A stretch of 64,000 nt of DNA from the NCBI GenBank assembly GCA_016219515.1, contig JACRMU010000007.1, forward strand, positions 40 to 64,039, given 5' to 3'. The DNA comes from Deltaproteobacteria bacterium. GTDB lineage: Bacteria > Desulfobacterota > Deferrimicrobia > Deferrimicrobiales > Deferrimicrobiaceae. Shown one piece after another: positions 1-9,445 of this stretch; position 1 is the stretch's first letter; each line of letters opens with the position of its first letter. The notes beneath the pieces were generated by a model that searched no databases, was not told the DNA's origin, and saw only the letters and a program-made list of their open reading frames with translations. The translations under genes and the position numbers were made by a program.

Positions 1-262
1 GCTCGAGCAAACCGGAGCGAGTGACCAGTTGCAATTGCGCCGCCTCAAGAAGATGAAGCTGGACATCCGGTACACGGTCGTTCCCGACCCGGATTTCAAG
101 CTGGTGGACCTGTTCCGGATGGCGGCGGCGCCGCTCACCGTCATCATCGATGCCGGCGGGATCGTCCGGTACCGGCACGAGGGGTACGAGCCGGGAGACG
201 AAGTCAGGATCGAGGAAGCGTTGAAGAGCGCCCTGGCGGGGGGAAAGGTCTCCACGAAATAA
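1..262 (+). CDS. TlpA-family thioredoxin-like protein, C-terminal fragment (5' end lies outside the window)
   Basis: Frame open from the window edge. The C-terminal ...LTVIIDAGGIVRYRHEGYEPGDE... matches the C-termini of the other TlpA paralogs in this window. Confidence 0.55.
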   Translation, partial: LEQTGASDQLQLRRLKKMKLDIRYTVVPDPDFKLVDLFRMAAAPLTVIIDAGGIVRYRHEGYEPGDEVRIEEALKSALAGGKVSTK

Positions 263-335
263 TCTTCCCGTTGCGCGGCGCTGTTGCTTTCCGTCCGCTG
301 GGGGTGCATACGTCATCGAAGGTCGCCCGTTCGTC

Positions 336-1472
336 ATGAACGGCGGGTTTTCCCGGAAAATCGCCCTGCTCCTCGTTGCCGCGGCGCTTGTCATCCCCCC
401 GTGGAGCGATGGAGCGTCGCCTTCGGCGCCCCCCGCGCCGACCGGCCGTCCGAAATATACCGGTTCGCAGAAATGCGCCGTATGCCACCAGATCTATTAC
501 AAGGGATGGGTGAAAACCTTCCACAGCACCGTCATCCAGGATGCCAAGAAAGATCCGTCGGCCATCGTCGCGGACATGAGCGTTTCCGACCTCCCCTTTA
601 AAAAAGAAGACATTTTCCTCACGATCGGCGGGCACTGGGACCAGAGGTATCTGACCCGGATCGACAACGATTATTACGTCCTACCGAAGCTGTGGTCCGT
701 CCAGAGCAGGAAATGGCGGCCCTACAGCACCTATGGGTGGCAAAGGCGTCCTTACTCCAGGTACTGCGTCGGATGCCATTCCGTCGGGTTTAACCCGGCC
801 ACCAAGGAGATCGAAGAACATGCCGTCGGGTGCGAATCGTGCCACGGCCCCGGCGGGGAGCATGTCGAAAAGCCGTCGGAATCCAACATCGTAAACCCCC
901 GGCGCCTCTCCGTGAAAAAATCGGAAGAGGTCTGCGCATCCTGTCATGTCCGCGGGAAGGACGTAACCGGGGAGTACTGGTTCCCCATCGGGTGGACGCC
1001 GGGAGAGGACCTTGCGAGCTACCTGGTCCCCCTCGACAAGAAAGAGGGGGAGAGCGGCCACGACGCCATCCACCGGCTCTGGGACAAGTGGAAGGCCGAC
1101 CGGGAGGCCCAGGCCAGGGCCCGCTGCGAGGTCTGCGGCATCCACCAGAGCGTGAAGCCCCAGGGGGAGCAGATGAGCGTCAACGCCTTATGCACAAGAT
1201 GTCATGAATACCAGGACCGCCTCTCGCAGCATACCCGTCACAACTCCGATACGCGGATCGGCTGCTCCGACTGCCACGAGCAGAAGACGCCCGAAGCGAA
1301 CGAAAACAAGGAGGGAGACGTCCATTCCTACTGGTACTTCCTGATTCACCCGCAGAATTGCTGGGATCCGGACATCTTCCGGAAATGCGCGAAGTGCCAC
1401 GCCGACAAGACAGTGCGGTGGGCATATGATATCTTTATCAGTTGGAAGAAACCTGTGGTTCTGGACCATTAA
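336..1472 (+). CDS. Multiheme c-type cytochrome, 7 CxxCH (c554/NrfA-like fold)
   Basis: N-terminal hydrophobic signal. CxxCH sites are CAVCH, CVGCH, CESCH, CASCH, CTRCH, CSDCH and CAKCH. Paralog of the 2561..3763 protein (shared ...IDNDYYVLPK...CxGCH...GxxPATK...CExCHGPG). Confidence 0.85.
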   Translation: MNGGFSRKIALLLVAAALVIPPWSDGASPSAPPAPTGRPKYTGSQKCAVCHQIYYKGWVKTFHSTVIQDAKKDPSAIVADMSVSDLPFKKEDIFLTIGGHWDQRYLTRIDNDYYVLPKLWSVQSRKWRPYSTYGWQRRPYSRYCVGCHSVGFNPATKEIEEHAVGCESCHGPGGEHVEKPSESNIVNPRRLSVKKSEEVCASCHVRGKDVTGEYWFPIGWTPGEDLASYLVPLDKKEGESGHDAIHRLWDKWKADREAQARARCEVCGIHQSVKPQGEQMSVNALCTRCHEYQDRLSQHTRHNSDTRIGCSDCHEQKTPEANENKEGDVHSYWYFLIHPQNCWDPDIFRKCAKCHADKTVRWAYDIFISWKKPVVLDH

Positions 1473-1494
1473 TCGCTACCGGGGGGAGCAGGGG

Positions 1495-2049
1495 ATGAGG
1501 GGGAGATGCAGGACGGTTCTGGTCCTGGTATTGCTTGCCGCGATGGCGTCGGCGGCGGTCCCGGCGGTCGCCCAGGATACGGCGATGCGGATCAAGATCG
1601 GAGAGAAGGCGCCCAACTTCAAGCTGAAGGACGTGATGACCGGCAAGGTGGTGACCCTCTCCGAGTTCGCCGGGAAAAAGGTCGTGATGCTGGAGTTCTG
1701 GACCGTCTGGTGCGATATCTGCAAGCGGGAGATGCCCAACCTGGTCCGGCTCTACTCCCGATGGAAGGGGAGGGGGTTCGAGCTTCTTTCGATCGTCCTT
1801 CCTTCCGGAAACGTCGAAGACATCCGCAAGATCGTGAGGGAGCACAAGGTCAATTACGGCGTTCTCCTGGACGCCGATCTTTCCGTGTCGACGAAGTCCT
1901 ACGGCCTTGCAGGCCCCATCCCGCTCAAGGTCGTCATCGATTCCAAGGGGGTCGTCCGATATACCCACGTGGGGGACTATCCTCCCGGTGAGGACGAACT
2001 GCCGTTCGTGATCGAGGACCTGTTGAAAGAGATGGAAAAAGGGAAATGA
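1495..2049 (+). CDS. TlpA-family thiol:disulfide oxidoreductase (periplasmic thioredoxin)
   Basis: Signal peptide and the active site WCDICKREMP (CxxC). TlpA-like fold over the whole length. Confidence 0.8.
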   Translation: MRGRCRTVLVLVLLAAMASAAVPAVAQDTAMRIKIGEKAPNFKLKDVMTGKVVTLSEFAGKKVVMLEFWTVWCDICKREMPNLVRLYSRWKGRGFELLSIVLPSGNVEDIRKIVREHKVNYGVLLDADLSVSTKSYGLAGPIPLKVVIDSKGVVRYTHVGDYPPGEDELPFVIEDLLKEMEKGK

Positions 2050-2552
2050 GGGCAGCGCTTCTCCTGTCCCTCTCCCTCCTGCTTCTGTGCAACTCCGCTC
2101 CGGCGGCCTCCGGCGGCAAGACGATCGAAGTGGGCCAGCGCGTCCCGGAATTTTCCCTTCCCGGCATGGATGGGGCGCAGATTTCCTTCGAAAAGGACAT
2201 CCGCGGGAAGGCGCCGCTTACCCTCCTGTTCTTCATGACCACGGCGTGCAGCGCCTGTTACGAAGAGCTGAAGGAGATCAGCGAATACGCGGGGAAAAAT
2301 CCGGGGAAAGTGGACATCTGGTGCGTCGCTGTGGACCTGCGGGGGGCGCAGACGGTGGCGCCGTTCCAGCAGGCGAACCGGTTCCGGGCGAGGTACCTGA
2401 TCGACACGAAATTCTCGCTGCCGAGGGCGTTCGGCTTCAGCTATACTCCCTCGCTTGCGGTCGTCGACGCGAAGGGTTTGCTGGTTCACAAGAAGGGGGG
2501 CTATTCTCCGAACGAGCGCGTATCCGATCGGATCCGCACGTTTCTCAAGTAG
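2046..2552 (+). CDS. Thioredoxin-like protein (TlpA/AhpC-TSA type, CSAC motif)
   Basis: Signal peptide and FFMTTACSAC active-site-like motif. Its ATG overlaps the stop of the upstream TlpA gene (ATGA), suggesting translational coupling. Confidence 0.7.
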   Translation: MRAALLLSLSLLLLCNSAPAASGGKTIEVGQRVPEFSLPGMDGAQISFEKDIRGKAPLTLLFFMTTACSACYEELKEISEYAGKNPGKVDIWCVAVDLRGAQTVAPFQQANRFRARYLIDTKFSLPRAFGFSYTPSLAVVDAKGLLVHKKGGYSPNERVSDRIRTFLK

Positions 2553-2560
2553 GGGCCCCG

Positions 2561-3763
2561 ATGCGCCGCAGTCCCTGGACATTTCTCATGATTGCCGTCG
2601 TTCTGTGCCTTGCCGGCGGGGCGCAAGGGTTCGGTCCCGGCGCGAAGGGGTACGTGGGATCCGAGCGGTGCAAGGAGTGCCACGAGGGGATCTTCCTTCA
2701 GTGGAAGCTTACCCCCCACGCCAATATGCTGCGGGATGCCAGGAAGAACCCGCAAGCGGTGGCGGCCAGGGACTATTCGGGCGTTCCTTTCAAGCGAGCG
2801 GACATTTACTGGACGATCGGAAGCCACTGGATCCAGAAATACCTGACGTTCATCGACAATGATTATTACGTCCTGCCCAAGTACTGGAACCTCGTCGCGG
2901 GCAACTGGGAACCCTATTCCATCTTCAACTGGCGCGAGCGCCCGTACGCCATCCATTGCGACGGTTGCCATACCACCGGGTTCGACCCCGCCACGAAGTC
3001 GTTCTACGAGCCGTCCATCGGCTGCGAGGCGTGCCACGGCCCGGGGGAGAAACATCTTGCCGGCGGCGCCCCCGGGGATATCGTCAACCCGGAGAAACTC
3101 TCCAAGGAACGCCGCGACATGATCTGCGAAGCATGCCACACCGACGGCAAGGATACGAAAGCCGGCGGGCAGTTTCCGTTCCCGGCGCTTTACCGGCCCG
3201 GGGAGGACCTCAACCTGTACTTCACGGATTTTTTCGCCCCCAAGCCGAAGTCGAAAAAATGGTACTGGGGGACGATGGACTACAGGGAGCGGCACCGGAT
3301 GTTCCTGTTCTGGCAGTCCAAGTTCTATTCGACGACGCGCGCCTGCGACGTCTGCGGCTTCGACCGGGGGATGACGGTCAAGGAGGAGCGGTATATGTCG
3401 CGGGACGAATACTGCGGCACCTGCCACGGGAAGATCTACAAGTTGTCCTCCGTCCATTCGCGCCATCCCCCGCATGCGGTCCAGTGCGTCGATTGCCACG
3501 TCCCGCAGGTGACCGACGGGGGAAGCCGGTACAGCATCCACGACCACAAGTTCGACTTCTCCGGCCCGGAACTGCCCTGCACGGAATGCCACGAAGCGAA
3601 GGACGTGCAGGGGAAAAGCGCGACGGGGCACGATTTCCACTTCGAGCGGGTGCGGAGCCGGAAACCCTTGACGCTGGAGCAGGCCTGCGCGAAGTGCCAT
3701 TCGGAGAAGGACATCGAGGGAGTCCTCAAGGACTGGAAAACCGTCCGTGGGGAAAGGAAATAA
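2561..3763 (+). CDS. Multiheme c-type cytochrome, 8 CxxCH (paralog of 336..1472)
   Basis: Signal peptide MRRSPWTFLMIAVVLCLAGG. CKECH, CDGCH, two CEACH, CGTCH, CVDCH, CTECH and CAKCH. Clearly alignable to the first cytochrome. Confidence 0.85.
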   Translation: MRRSPWTFLMIAVVLCLAGGAQGFGPGAKGYVGSERCKECHEGIFLQWKLTPHANMLRDARKNPQAVAARDYSGVPFKRADIYWTIGSHWIQKYLTFIDNDYYVLPKYWNLVAGNWEPYSIFNWRERPYAIHCDGCHTTGFDPATKSFYEPSIGCEACHGPGEKHLAGGAPGDIVNPEKLSKERRDMICEACHTDGKDTKAGGQFPFPALYRPGEDLNLYFTDFFAPKPKSKKWYWGTMDYRERHRMFLFWQSKFYSTTRACDVCGFDRGMTVKEERYMSRDEYCGTCHGKIYKLSSVHSRHPPHAVQCVDCHVPQVTDGGSRYSIHDHKFDFSGPELPCTECHEAKDVQGKSATGHDFHFERVRSRKPLTLEQACAKCHSEKDIEGVLKDWKTVRGERK

Positions 3764-5674
3764 GTGCCCGAGCCCGTCCACTCCGCGCAACCCCCGAAAG
3801 CCTGGTGGGATCTCTCCCCGGAAAGGAGAGGCCGGCTCGCGGTGTTTCTGCTTTTCATGATCTCCCTCGGCCTCCTCACGAAGATCTTCACGAGCGATTT
3901 CGGGACGCACATCGCTCTCGGCAGGGAGATCGTCCAGACCCGTTCCGTAGCGGACCGTGAGTTTTTGAACTACCCCTCCCTGGGCGTGCAGAACGTCAAC
4001 ACGGTTTGGGGGTTCCAGGCGCTGCTGTACCTCGTGTTCAGCGCCGGGGGGACCTACGGGGTATCCTTCCTTTGCTGGGCCGTGGTGTTCGGGGTCTTCC
4101 TCCTCATCCATCGTTCCACCACGATTCGCGGAGCGGACCCCTTGATCGCCGTCGCCGCGATCTTCGCTTTTTCGGGATTTCTCCGCATCCGCATCCAGCC
4201 CCGGCCGGAGATCTTCACCTACCTGTTCATCGCGCTGACGATTTACCTGTTCACGGAACATTTCTACGGGGAGAGGAAAAAACGGCTCTACCTCTTCCCG
4301 GCGATCATGCTCGTCTGGGCGAACATGCATTCCGCGTACCTCATCGGGTTCATCCTGTGCGGAGCGTTCATCGCGGACGCCCTCGCGCGATCGGCCTGGA
4401 ACCGGCAGTTGCAATGGCCGCTGCTGAAGAGCCTGCTGGCCTCTCCCGTCCTGGTGGGGGTCGCCGGACTGATCGTTTGCGGGCTGAATCCCGCGCACTA
4501 TGACGCGATACTTGCCCCGTTGCACCTCCTGACGAAAAGCGGCGGGACCGACCAGGTGCACATGATGATCTCGGAATTGACGCCGGTGAAGGGGACCGGA
4601 TTCTATTCGTATTACAAGGCCGCGGCGGCGTTTGCCGCCGCCACGATGCTCCTCGGCGCGGTCGGGAAACGACTCTATTTGCTGGACATCTTTCTGTTTG
4701 CGATTTCCTTCAAGGGCGCCTGGGACTCCGCGCGGGCCGTTTCCATGATGGGTCTTTTCCTTTCTCCGGGCGTGTCCCTGCAGTTGACGGGCTTCCTGGC
4801 GAAGACGGCCGAATGGTTTGCCCCCAAGGGGAAACCGGCGGAAAAATCCCGCGAGAAGACATCGGGGAAAGAGAAAGCGGGAAAAAAGGAAAAAGGAAGG
4901 GAGAAGCGGAAGGAGGAGGAGAGGGCCGGGAAACAGGATCCCCCCCGCTTCTCCTGGGGGCGGACGGCCGTGACGGCGGCGACGGTCCTGGCGCTCGTGG
5001 CGTTCGGAGGCACCACGATCGTTTTTTCGCTCGGCCAGCTGCAGTACGGCGTGGGGCTCACGGAGCACAAGTTCTCGCTGGGGGCGGCCGAGTTCCTTCG
5101 GAGGAACCCCGTTCCGGGGAACATGTTCAACTTTTTCGACATCGGCGGGTTCCTCGACTGGCAGCTCTATCCGAAGGCGCTCACCTTCATCGACGGGCGG
5201 ACCTACAACGCCGCGGTGTTCATGGAGCACCAGACGGTGACGGCGGCGTTCCCGGGGTGGGAGAACATCCTCGAAAAATACGGGGTGACCCACATCGTCA
5301 CCAAGGCGGTCGACTCCGCGGGGATGACCCTGCCGATCATCCCTGCGCTTTTCAGCCATCCGAACTGGTCGCTGGTTTACGCGGACGGGCTGTTCGTCGT
5401 CTTCGTCCGGAACTCGCCGGAGAACCGGGAATACCTTCGCAAATTCACCCTGCCGAAAAACATGTTATGGCACGAGGTCATCTGGGAGTCGTACCATTAC
5501 ATGTTCCTCGGGGTGAGCCCCGTGATTGCGTACCAGAACATGGCCACCATGTACGAGATCATGGGAAATTACCCGATGGCGGTCCAGTCGTTGAAGTCGG
5601 CCCTGCGCGAAGCGGACGACCCCTTCCTCCGGGCGCGGCTGATGCAGATCGAGCAGGGGAGCAGGGCCAGGTAG
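3764..5674 (+). CDS. Polytopic membrane protein, GT-C-like (possible membrane glycosyltransferase) with a K/E-rich linker and a C-terminal periplasmic/TPR-like domain
   Basis: About 10 predicted TM helices and a conserved Asp in the first loop (TSDFGTH). A low-complexity KGKPAEKSREKTSGKEKAGKKEKGREKRKEEER linker, then one more TM and a soluble domain. GTG start immediately after the cytochrome stop. Confidence 0.5.
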   Translation: MPEPVHSAQPPKAWWDLSPERRGRLAVFLLFMISLGLLTKIFTSDFGTHIALGREIVQTRSVADREFLNYPSLGVQNVNTVWGFQALLYLVFSAGGTYGVSFLCWAVVFGVFLLIHRSTTIRGADPLIAVAAIFAFSGFLRIRIQPRPEIFTYLFIALTIYLFTEHFYGERKKRLYLFPAIMLVWANMHSAYLIGFILCGAFIADALARSAWNRQLQWPLLKSLLASPVLVGVAGLIVCGLNPAHYDAILAPLHLLTKSGGTDQVHMMISELTPVKGTGFYSYYKAAAAFAAATMLLGAVGKRLYLLDIFLFAISFKGAWDSARAVSMMGLFLSPGVSLQLTGFLAKTAEWFAPKGKPAEKSREKTSGKEKAGKKEKGREKRKEEERAGKQDPPRFSWGRTAVTAATVLALVAFGGTTIVFSLGQLQYGVGLTEHKFSLGAAEFLRRNPVPGNMFNFFDIGGFLDWQLYPKALTFIDGRTYNAAVFMEHQTVTAAFPGWENILEKYGVTHIVTKAVDSAGMTLPIIPALFSHPNWSLVYADGLFVVFVRNSPENREYLRKFTLPKNMLWHEVIWESYHYMFLGVSPVIAYQNMATMYEIMGNYPMAVQSLKSALREADDPFLRARLMQIEQGSRAR

Positions 5675-5705
5675 GAGGGGAAAGCCGGCCGAAGGATGCA
5701 GGGGA

Positions 5706-6554
5706 ATGATCAACGCGATCAGCATCGACCTGGAAGACTGGCATCATCCGGAACTGGTCCGAAGGCATGTCCGGGGCGACCCCCGGCCCCAGGCGCGCGA
5801 GGCCACGGAACGGATCCTCCTCTTGCTGGACCGGTACCGCGTCAAGGCGACCTTTTTCCTCCTGGGCGACGTGGCGGCGCGCGATCCGGAGCTGGTCCGC
5901 CGGCTCCACGGCGAGGGGCATGAGATCGCCTCGCACGGGATGAGCCACAGGCCGTTGTGGGAGCTGTCGCCTTCCGGTTTCGACGAGGAGCTGAAGACGT
6001 TCGGCCGCCTCCTCCGGGGCATTTTGGGGGAAGACGTTCCCCTGCGGGGGTTCCGCGCGCCGACGTTTTCGCTGGACGACCGGACGAAATACGCCCTGGC
6101 CTGTCTCGCGGAAAACCGCTATCTCTACGATTCGAGCGTTTTTCCCTTCCGGAATTACGCGTACGGCGTAATGGACGCTCCGTGCGGGATCTACAGGCCC
6201 GATTTCAACGATCTGCGCGGAACGGACGAACGTTCGCCGATCGTCGAATTCCCGCTGACGGTGTACCAACGGGGCCGCCTGCGGATGCCGGTCAGCGGCG
6301 GGTTTTACCTTCGCGTCCTGCCGTATCCGTTGATCCGCCGTCTCCTGCGGGACGTGAACCGGACCCGTCCCTTCGTCATCTATTTTCACCCCTGGGAAAC
6401 GTTCCCCGGCACTCCCCGCCTGAAATCCATCGGCGCGAAAGATTCCTTCATCACGTATCATGGGATCGACGGATGCCTTGCAAAGGTGGAAAAACTGCTG
6501 CGGGATTTCCCTTTCGAGCCGATGTGGGACGTCATCCGGCGCCAGGTGCGATAG
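5706..6554 (+). CDS. Polysaccharide deacetylase (NodB homology; resembles the PEP-CTERM-locus-type deacetylase)
   Basis: N-terminal ISIDLEDWHH motif, ...ATFFLLGDVA...GHEIASHGMSH... pattern. Confidence 0.8.
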   Translation: MINAISIDLEDWHHPELVRRHVRGDPRPQAREATERILLLLDRYRVKATFFLLGDVAARDPELVRRLHGEGHEIASHGMSHRPLWELSPSGFDEELKTFGRLLRGILGEDVPLRGFRAPTFSLDDRTKYALACLAENRYLYDSSVFPFRNYAYGVMDAPCGIYRPDFNDLRGTDERSPIVEFPLTVYQRGRLRMPVSGGFYLRVLPYPLIRRLLRDVNRTRPFVIYFHPWETFPGTPRLKSIGAKDSFITYHGIDGCLAKVEKLLRDFPFEPMWDVIRRQVR

Positions 6555-6557
6555 GCG

Positions 6558-7202
6558 ATGCGCGTCAAGGAATACTTCGAGAAATGCGCGGACCGCTTCG
6601 ACGGGTTCTACAAGGAGGAGAGGAGGGGGGCCTTCCAGCAGGCGGCCCACGCCGTATTCCGGAAACCGGGGCTCGTCCGCCGCTTTCAGGCGACCGTCGA
6701 TTTCCTGGGCGACGTAACGGGCAAGACGATCCTTGACGTCGGCTGCGGCTCCGGAATCTATTCGATCTATTTCGCCCGGCAGGGGGCGAAGGTCATGGGA
6801 CTGGATTTCTCCTCGAGCATGCTGGCTCTCGCCCGGAAGAACGCCGCGGAAGAAGGCTGCGCGGTGGAATTCGTCCCCGGCGATTTCCTTGCCTTCGAAG
6901 AGGGTCGCCGGTTCGACCATTTGCTGTTCATCGGCGTTTTCGATTATGTGAAACCCGAAGACCTTCCGGCGTATTTTGAAAAGGCGGCGGGGATCGCGGA
7001 CGGCAAGATCGTCGCGACGTTCCCCCGGAAATACGCTCCCCAGTCCCTGATCCGGTATTGCTGGCTGCGGCGGCAGGACTGCCCGGTGTATTTCTATACC
7101 CGGAAGCAGGTGGAGAGTCTGGGGAACCGGTTCGATCGCCCGGCCCGGTTTCGCGCCTGCGGCCCGATATGGACCGTGGCCTTCGAAAAGAGGACCGCGT
7201 GA
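6558..7202 (+). CDS. Class I SAM-dependent methyltransferase
   Basis: ILDVGCGSGIYSIYFARQGAKVMGLDFS motif I / post-I. Confidence 0.8.
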   Translation: MRVKEYFEKCADRFDGFYKEERRGAFQQAAHAVFRKPGLVRRFQATVDFLGDVTGKTILDVGCGSGIYSIYFARQGAKVMGLDFSSSMLALARKNAAEEGCAVEFVPGDFLAFEEGRRFDHLLFIGVFDYVKPEDLPAYFEKAAGIADGKIVATFPRKYAPQSLIRYCWLRRQDCPVYFYTRKQVESLGNRFDRPARFRACGPIWTVAFEKRTA

Positions 7203-8356
7203 CGAAGGTGCTGCATCTCGGGAAATATTATCCTCCGGAACCCGGAGGCATCGAATATGTGCTGAAGCATCTCCTGGAAGCCACCGGCTCCCGCTTCGAC
7301 AATTACGCCATCGTGGCGGACAAGGGCTCCGGGCACAGGGAAGAGAAAGGGGCCGGGGGAACGGTCTATCGACGGAAAGAGGCCGGAACGATGTTCCTGA
7401 CTCCGATCCTTCCGGGGCTGGCTTCCTTTCTTCACGGGTTGAGGAAACGGCACGGGTTCGATTGCATCGTCCTTCATGCCCCCAACCCGATGACCTCGAT
7501 CGCCCTGGCGATTTCCGACATGGTCGCTCCTCTCCGGGAGAAACTCGTCGTTTTCTATCATGGGGACATCCTCGTCGACGCCGCGCTGCACCGGCTGGCC
7601 TATTCCCTTTTCCGCCCCATCGAACGCCGGCTGCTCCGGAAAGCGGTGCGGATCATCGCCACCTCTCCCCACCAGGCCCGGTTTTCCGGGAACCTGAAGC
7701 GGTTCGAGGGCAAGGTGGAGATTCTGCCGCTGATGGTGCCCGACGACTGGGGGGCCGGAACGCCGGAGGAGACGGAGGAGGCGCGGAGCATCCGAAGCGG
7801 GTTCGGGACGCCGCTGGTCCTTTTCGTCGGGCGGCTGGTCGCATACAAGGGGCTGTCCAGCCTGATCTCCGCCGTTCCCGAGGTGCCCGGAGCCTCCTTT
7901 TTGATCGTCGGGGACGGCCCTCTCGAGGATGACCTGAAGAAGCAGGCCGTACGGCTCGGCGTGTCGGACCGCGTGCGCTTTCCCGGGCGGGTGCGGAACC
8001 TCAAGCCGTACTACATGGCATGCGATCTCCTTGTCCTTCCCTCGGTGTCCGCGGTGGAAATGTTCGGCCTGGTCCAGCTGGAAGCGATGAGTTTCGGAAA
8101 GCCGGTGGTGACAAGCGACCTGAAGACCGGCGTGACCTATGCTAACGTGGATGGGGAAACGGGGCTCACGTTCCCCGCGGGAAACAGCGCGAAGCTGTCC
8201 GAGGCGTTGAACCGCCTCCTCTCCGACGACCGTCTCCGGGAACGGATGGGGCGGTACGCCGGAGAGCGGGTGAAGCGCGAGTTCCTTTCCTCGGTGGTTG
8301 GGGGAAAGTTCATCGGCATGATAACGGAGCTTTGCGGAAAGGGCGACCCCGCATGA
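7199..8356 (+). CDS. Glycosyltransferase family 4 (GT-B)
   Basis: GTG at 7199 overlaps the upstream stop (GTGA). N-terminal LHLGKYYPPEPGGIE, C-terminal E-x7-E region (...PSVSAVEMFGLVQLEAMSFGKPVVTSD...). Confidence 0.8.
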   Translation: MTKVLHLGKYYPPEPGGIEYVLKHLLEATGSRFDNYAIVADKGSGHREEKGAGGTVYRRKEAGTMFLTPILPGLASFLHGLRKRHGFDCIVLHAPNPMTSIALAISDMVAPLREKLVVFYHGDILVDAALHRLAYSLFRPIERRLLRKAVRIIATSPHQARFSGNLKRFEGKVEILPLMVPDDWGAGTPEETEEARSIRSGFGTPLVLFVGRLVAYKGLSSLISAVPEVPGASFLIVGDGPLEDDLKKQAVRLGVSDRVRFPGRVRNLKPYYMACDLLVLPSVSAVEMFGLVQLEAMSFGKPVVTSDLKTGVTYANVDGETGLTFPAGNSAKLSEALNRLLSDDRLRERMGRYAGERVKREFLSSVVGGKFIGMITELCGKGDPA

Positions 8357-9081
8357 CCGCGATGGCCGGGAAGGGGATCATCGTCATCCCCGTCTTCAAC
8401 GAAGCGGAAAACATCGCGGGCGTGATCGGGGAGATCCGGGCGGAAGGGCTCGGGCTGGACATCGTCGTGGTCGACGACGGGTCCTCCGACCGGACGAGGC
8501 AGGTGCTTTGCGAACTACCGGTGCAGGCCCTGTCGCATCCGATCAACCTGGGATACGGCGTTGCCGTCCAGACCGGGATGCTTCATGCGGTGCGGAGGGG
8601 CTATGACTTCCTCGTCCTGATGGATGGGGACGGCCAGCACGTCCCGGGGGAGATTCCCAAGCTGCTGGCGGGGCTGGAAGAGGGGGCGGACATCGTCATC
8701 GGTTCCCGGATTCTCTCCGGAAGCGAGAGTTACACGATTCCGCCGCTGCGCCGCGCCGCGATCCGCTTCTTCTCCTTCCTTGCGAAAGCGCTGGGCGGCG
8801 TCGACATCCGGGACGTCACCTCGGGTTTCCAGGCGATGCGCCGTGACGTGTTTTCCTTCCTTGCAAGGGAATACCCGGTGGACTTTCCGGATGCGGAAGT
8901 GGTCGTCATGCTGGGGCTGAAAAAGTTCACCGTGGCCGAAGTGCCGACGCAGTTCCGGCGCCGCGAGCGCGGAATATCGATGTATTCGAGCCTGGGGACG
9001 GTCCTGTACTATCCGTTCAAGTCGTTCCTCGCGTCGGTGATCGTGCTCCTTCGGCTGTTCCGCGAAAGAAGGGAGGGGTAA
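8353..9081 (+). CDS. Glycosyltransferase family 2 (DPM1-like)
   Basis: ATG overlaps the upstream stop (ATGA). IIVIPVFNEAENI...VVVDDGSSDRT DxD-type GT-A motifs. Confidence 0.8.
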   Translation: MTAMAGKGIIVIPVFNEAENIAGVIGEIRAEGLGLDIVVVDDGSSDRTRQVLCELPVQALSHPINLGYGVAVQTGMLHAVRRGYDFLVLMDGDGQHVPGEIPKLLAGLEEGADIVIGSRILSGSESYTIPPLRRAAIRFFSFLAKALGGVDIRDVTSGFQAMRRDVFSFLAREYPVDFPDAEVVVMLGLKKFTVAEVPTQFRRRERGISMYSSLGTVLYYPFKSFLASVIVLLRLFRERREG

Positions 9082-9084
9082 CCC

Positions 9085-9438
9085 ATGTCCTTTCAGGCAA
9101 AAACGATGATCACGGTGCTGCTTCTGGCGAACGCGGTCCTGGTCGTCGATCTGTTGCGCACGCGCAGGCTCACCGAATCGTACACTCTCCTCTGGCTCTT
9201 CGTCATCGCCTGCACGACGGGAGCCACCTGGGCGGACGGCTTCCTTCGCCACCTCGCGTGGTTTTTCGGAGCGGCCGTTCCGCTGTCCGCGCTGACGCTG
9301 CTGGGTCTTGCCTTCATTCTCGTCATGCTGATCTTTTTCTCGATGAAGATCTCCAAGTTGACGAAGGAGTTGAAGGACCTGGCGCAGGAGGTGGCGCTGC
9401 GGATCCCTCCGTCGCCTTCCGGCGATTCCCGCGAATAA
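9085..9438 (+). CDS. Small integral membrane protein (DUF2304-like, GT2-associated)
   Basis: 117 aa with two TM segments and a charged C-terminus, directly downstream of the GT2 as is typical for DUF2304. Confidence 0.55.
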   Translation: MSFQAKTMITVLLLANAVLVVDLLRTRRLTESYTLLWLFVIACTTGATWADGFLRHLAWFFGAAVPLSALTLLGLAFILVMLIFFSMKISKLTKELKDLAQEVALRIPPSPSGDSRE

Positions 9439-9445
9439 GAGGAAA

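Noticed and set aside
336-1472. Assigning the 7-heme cytochrome as nitrite reductase NrfA
   Set aside because: No CxxCK catalytic heme motif, and the protein is about 100 aa shorter than NrfA. Only a generic multiheme c554/NrfA-like resemblance can be claimed.
2501-5359. 952-aa minus-strand ORF, and similar long antisense ORFs (13143..16235, 19123..21999, 23971..28647, 32387..35581, 37716..40946, 41628..43052, 43100..45043, 53007..55271, 55960..57624, 58700..61279, 61624..63996)
   Set aside because: All overlap well-supported plus-strand genes with recognisable domains. Their translations are Arg/Gly/Pro/Ala-rich low-complexity typical of antisense frames in 68% GC DNA and show no domain motifs.
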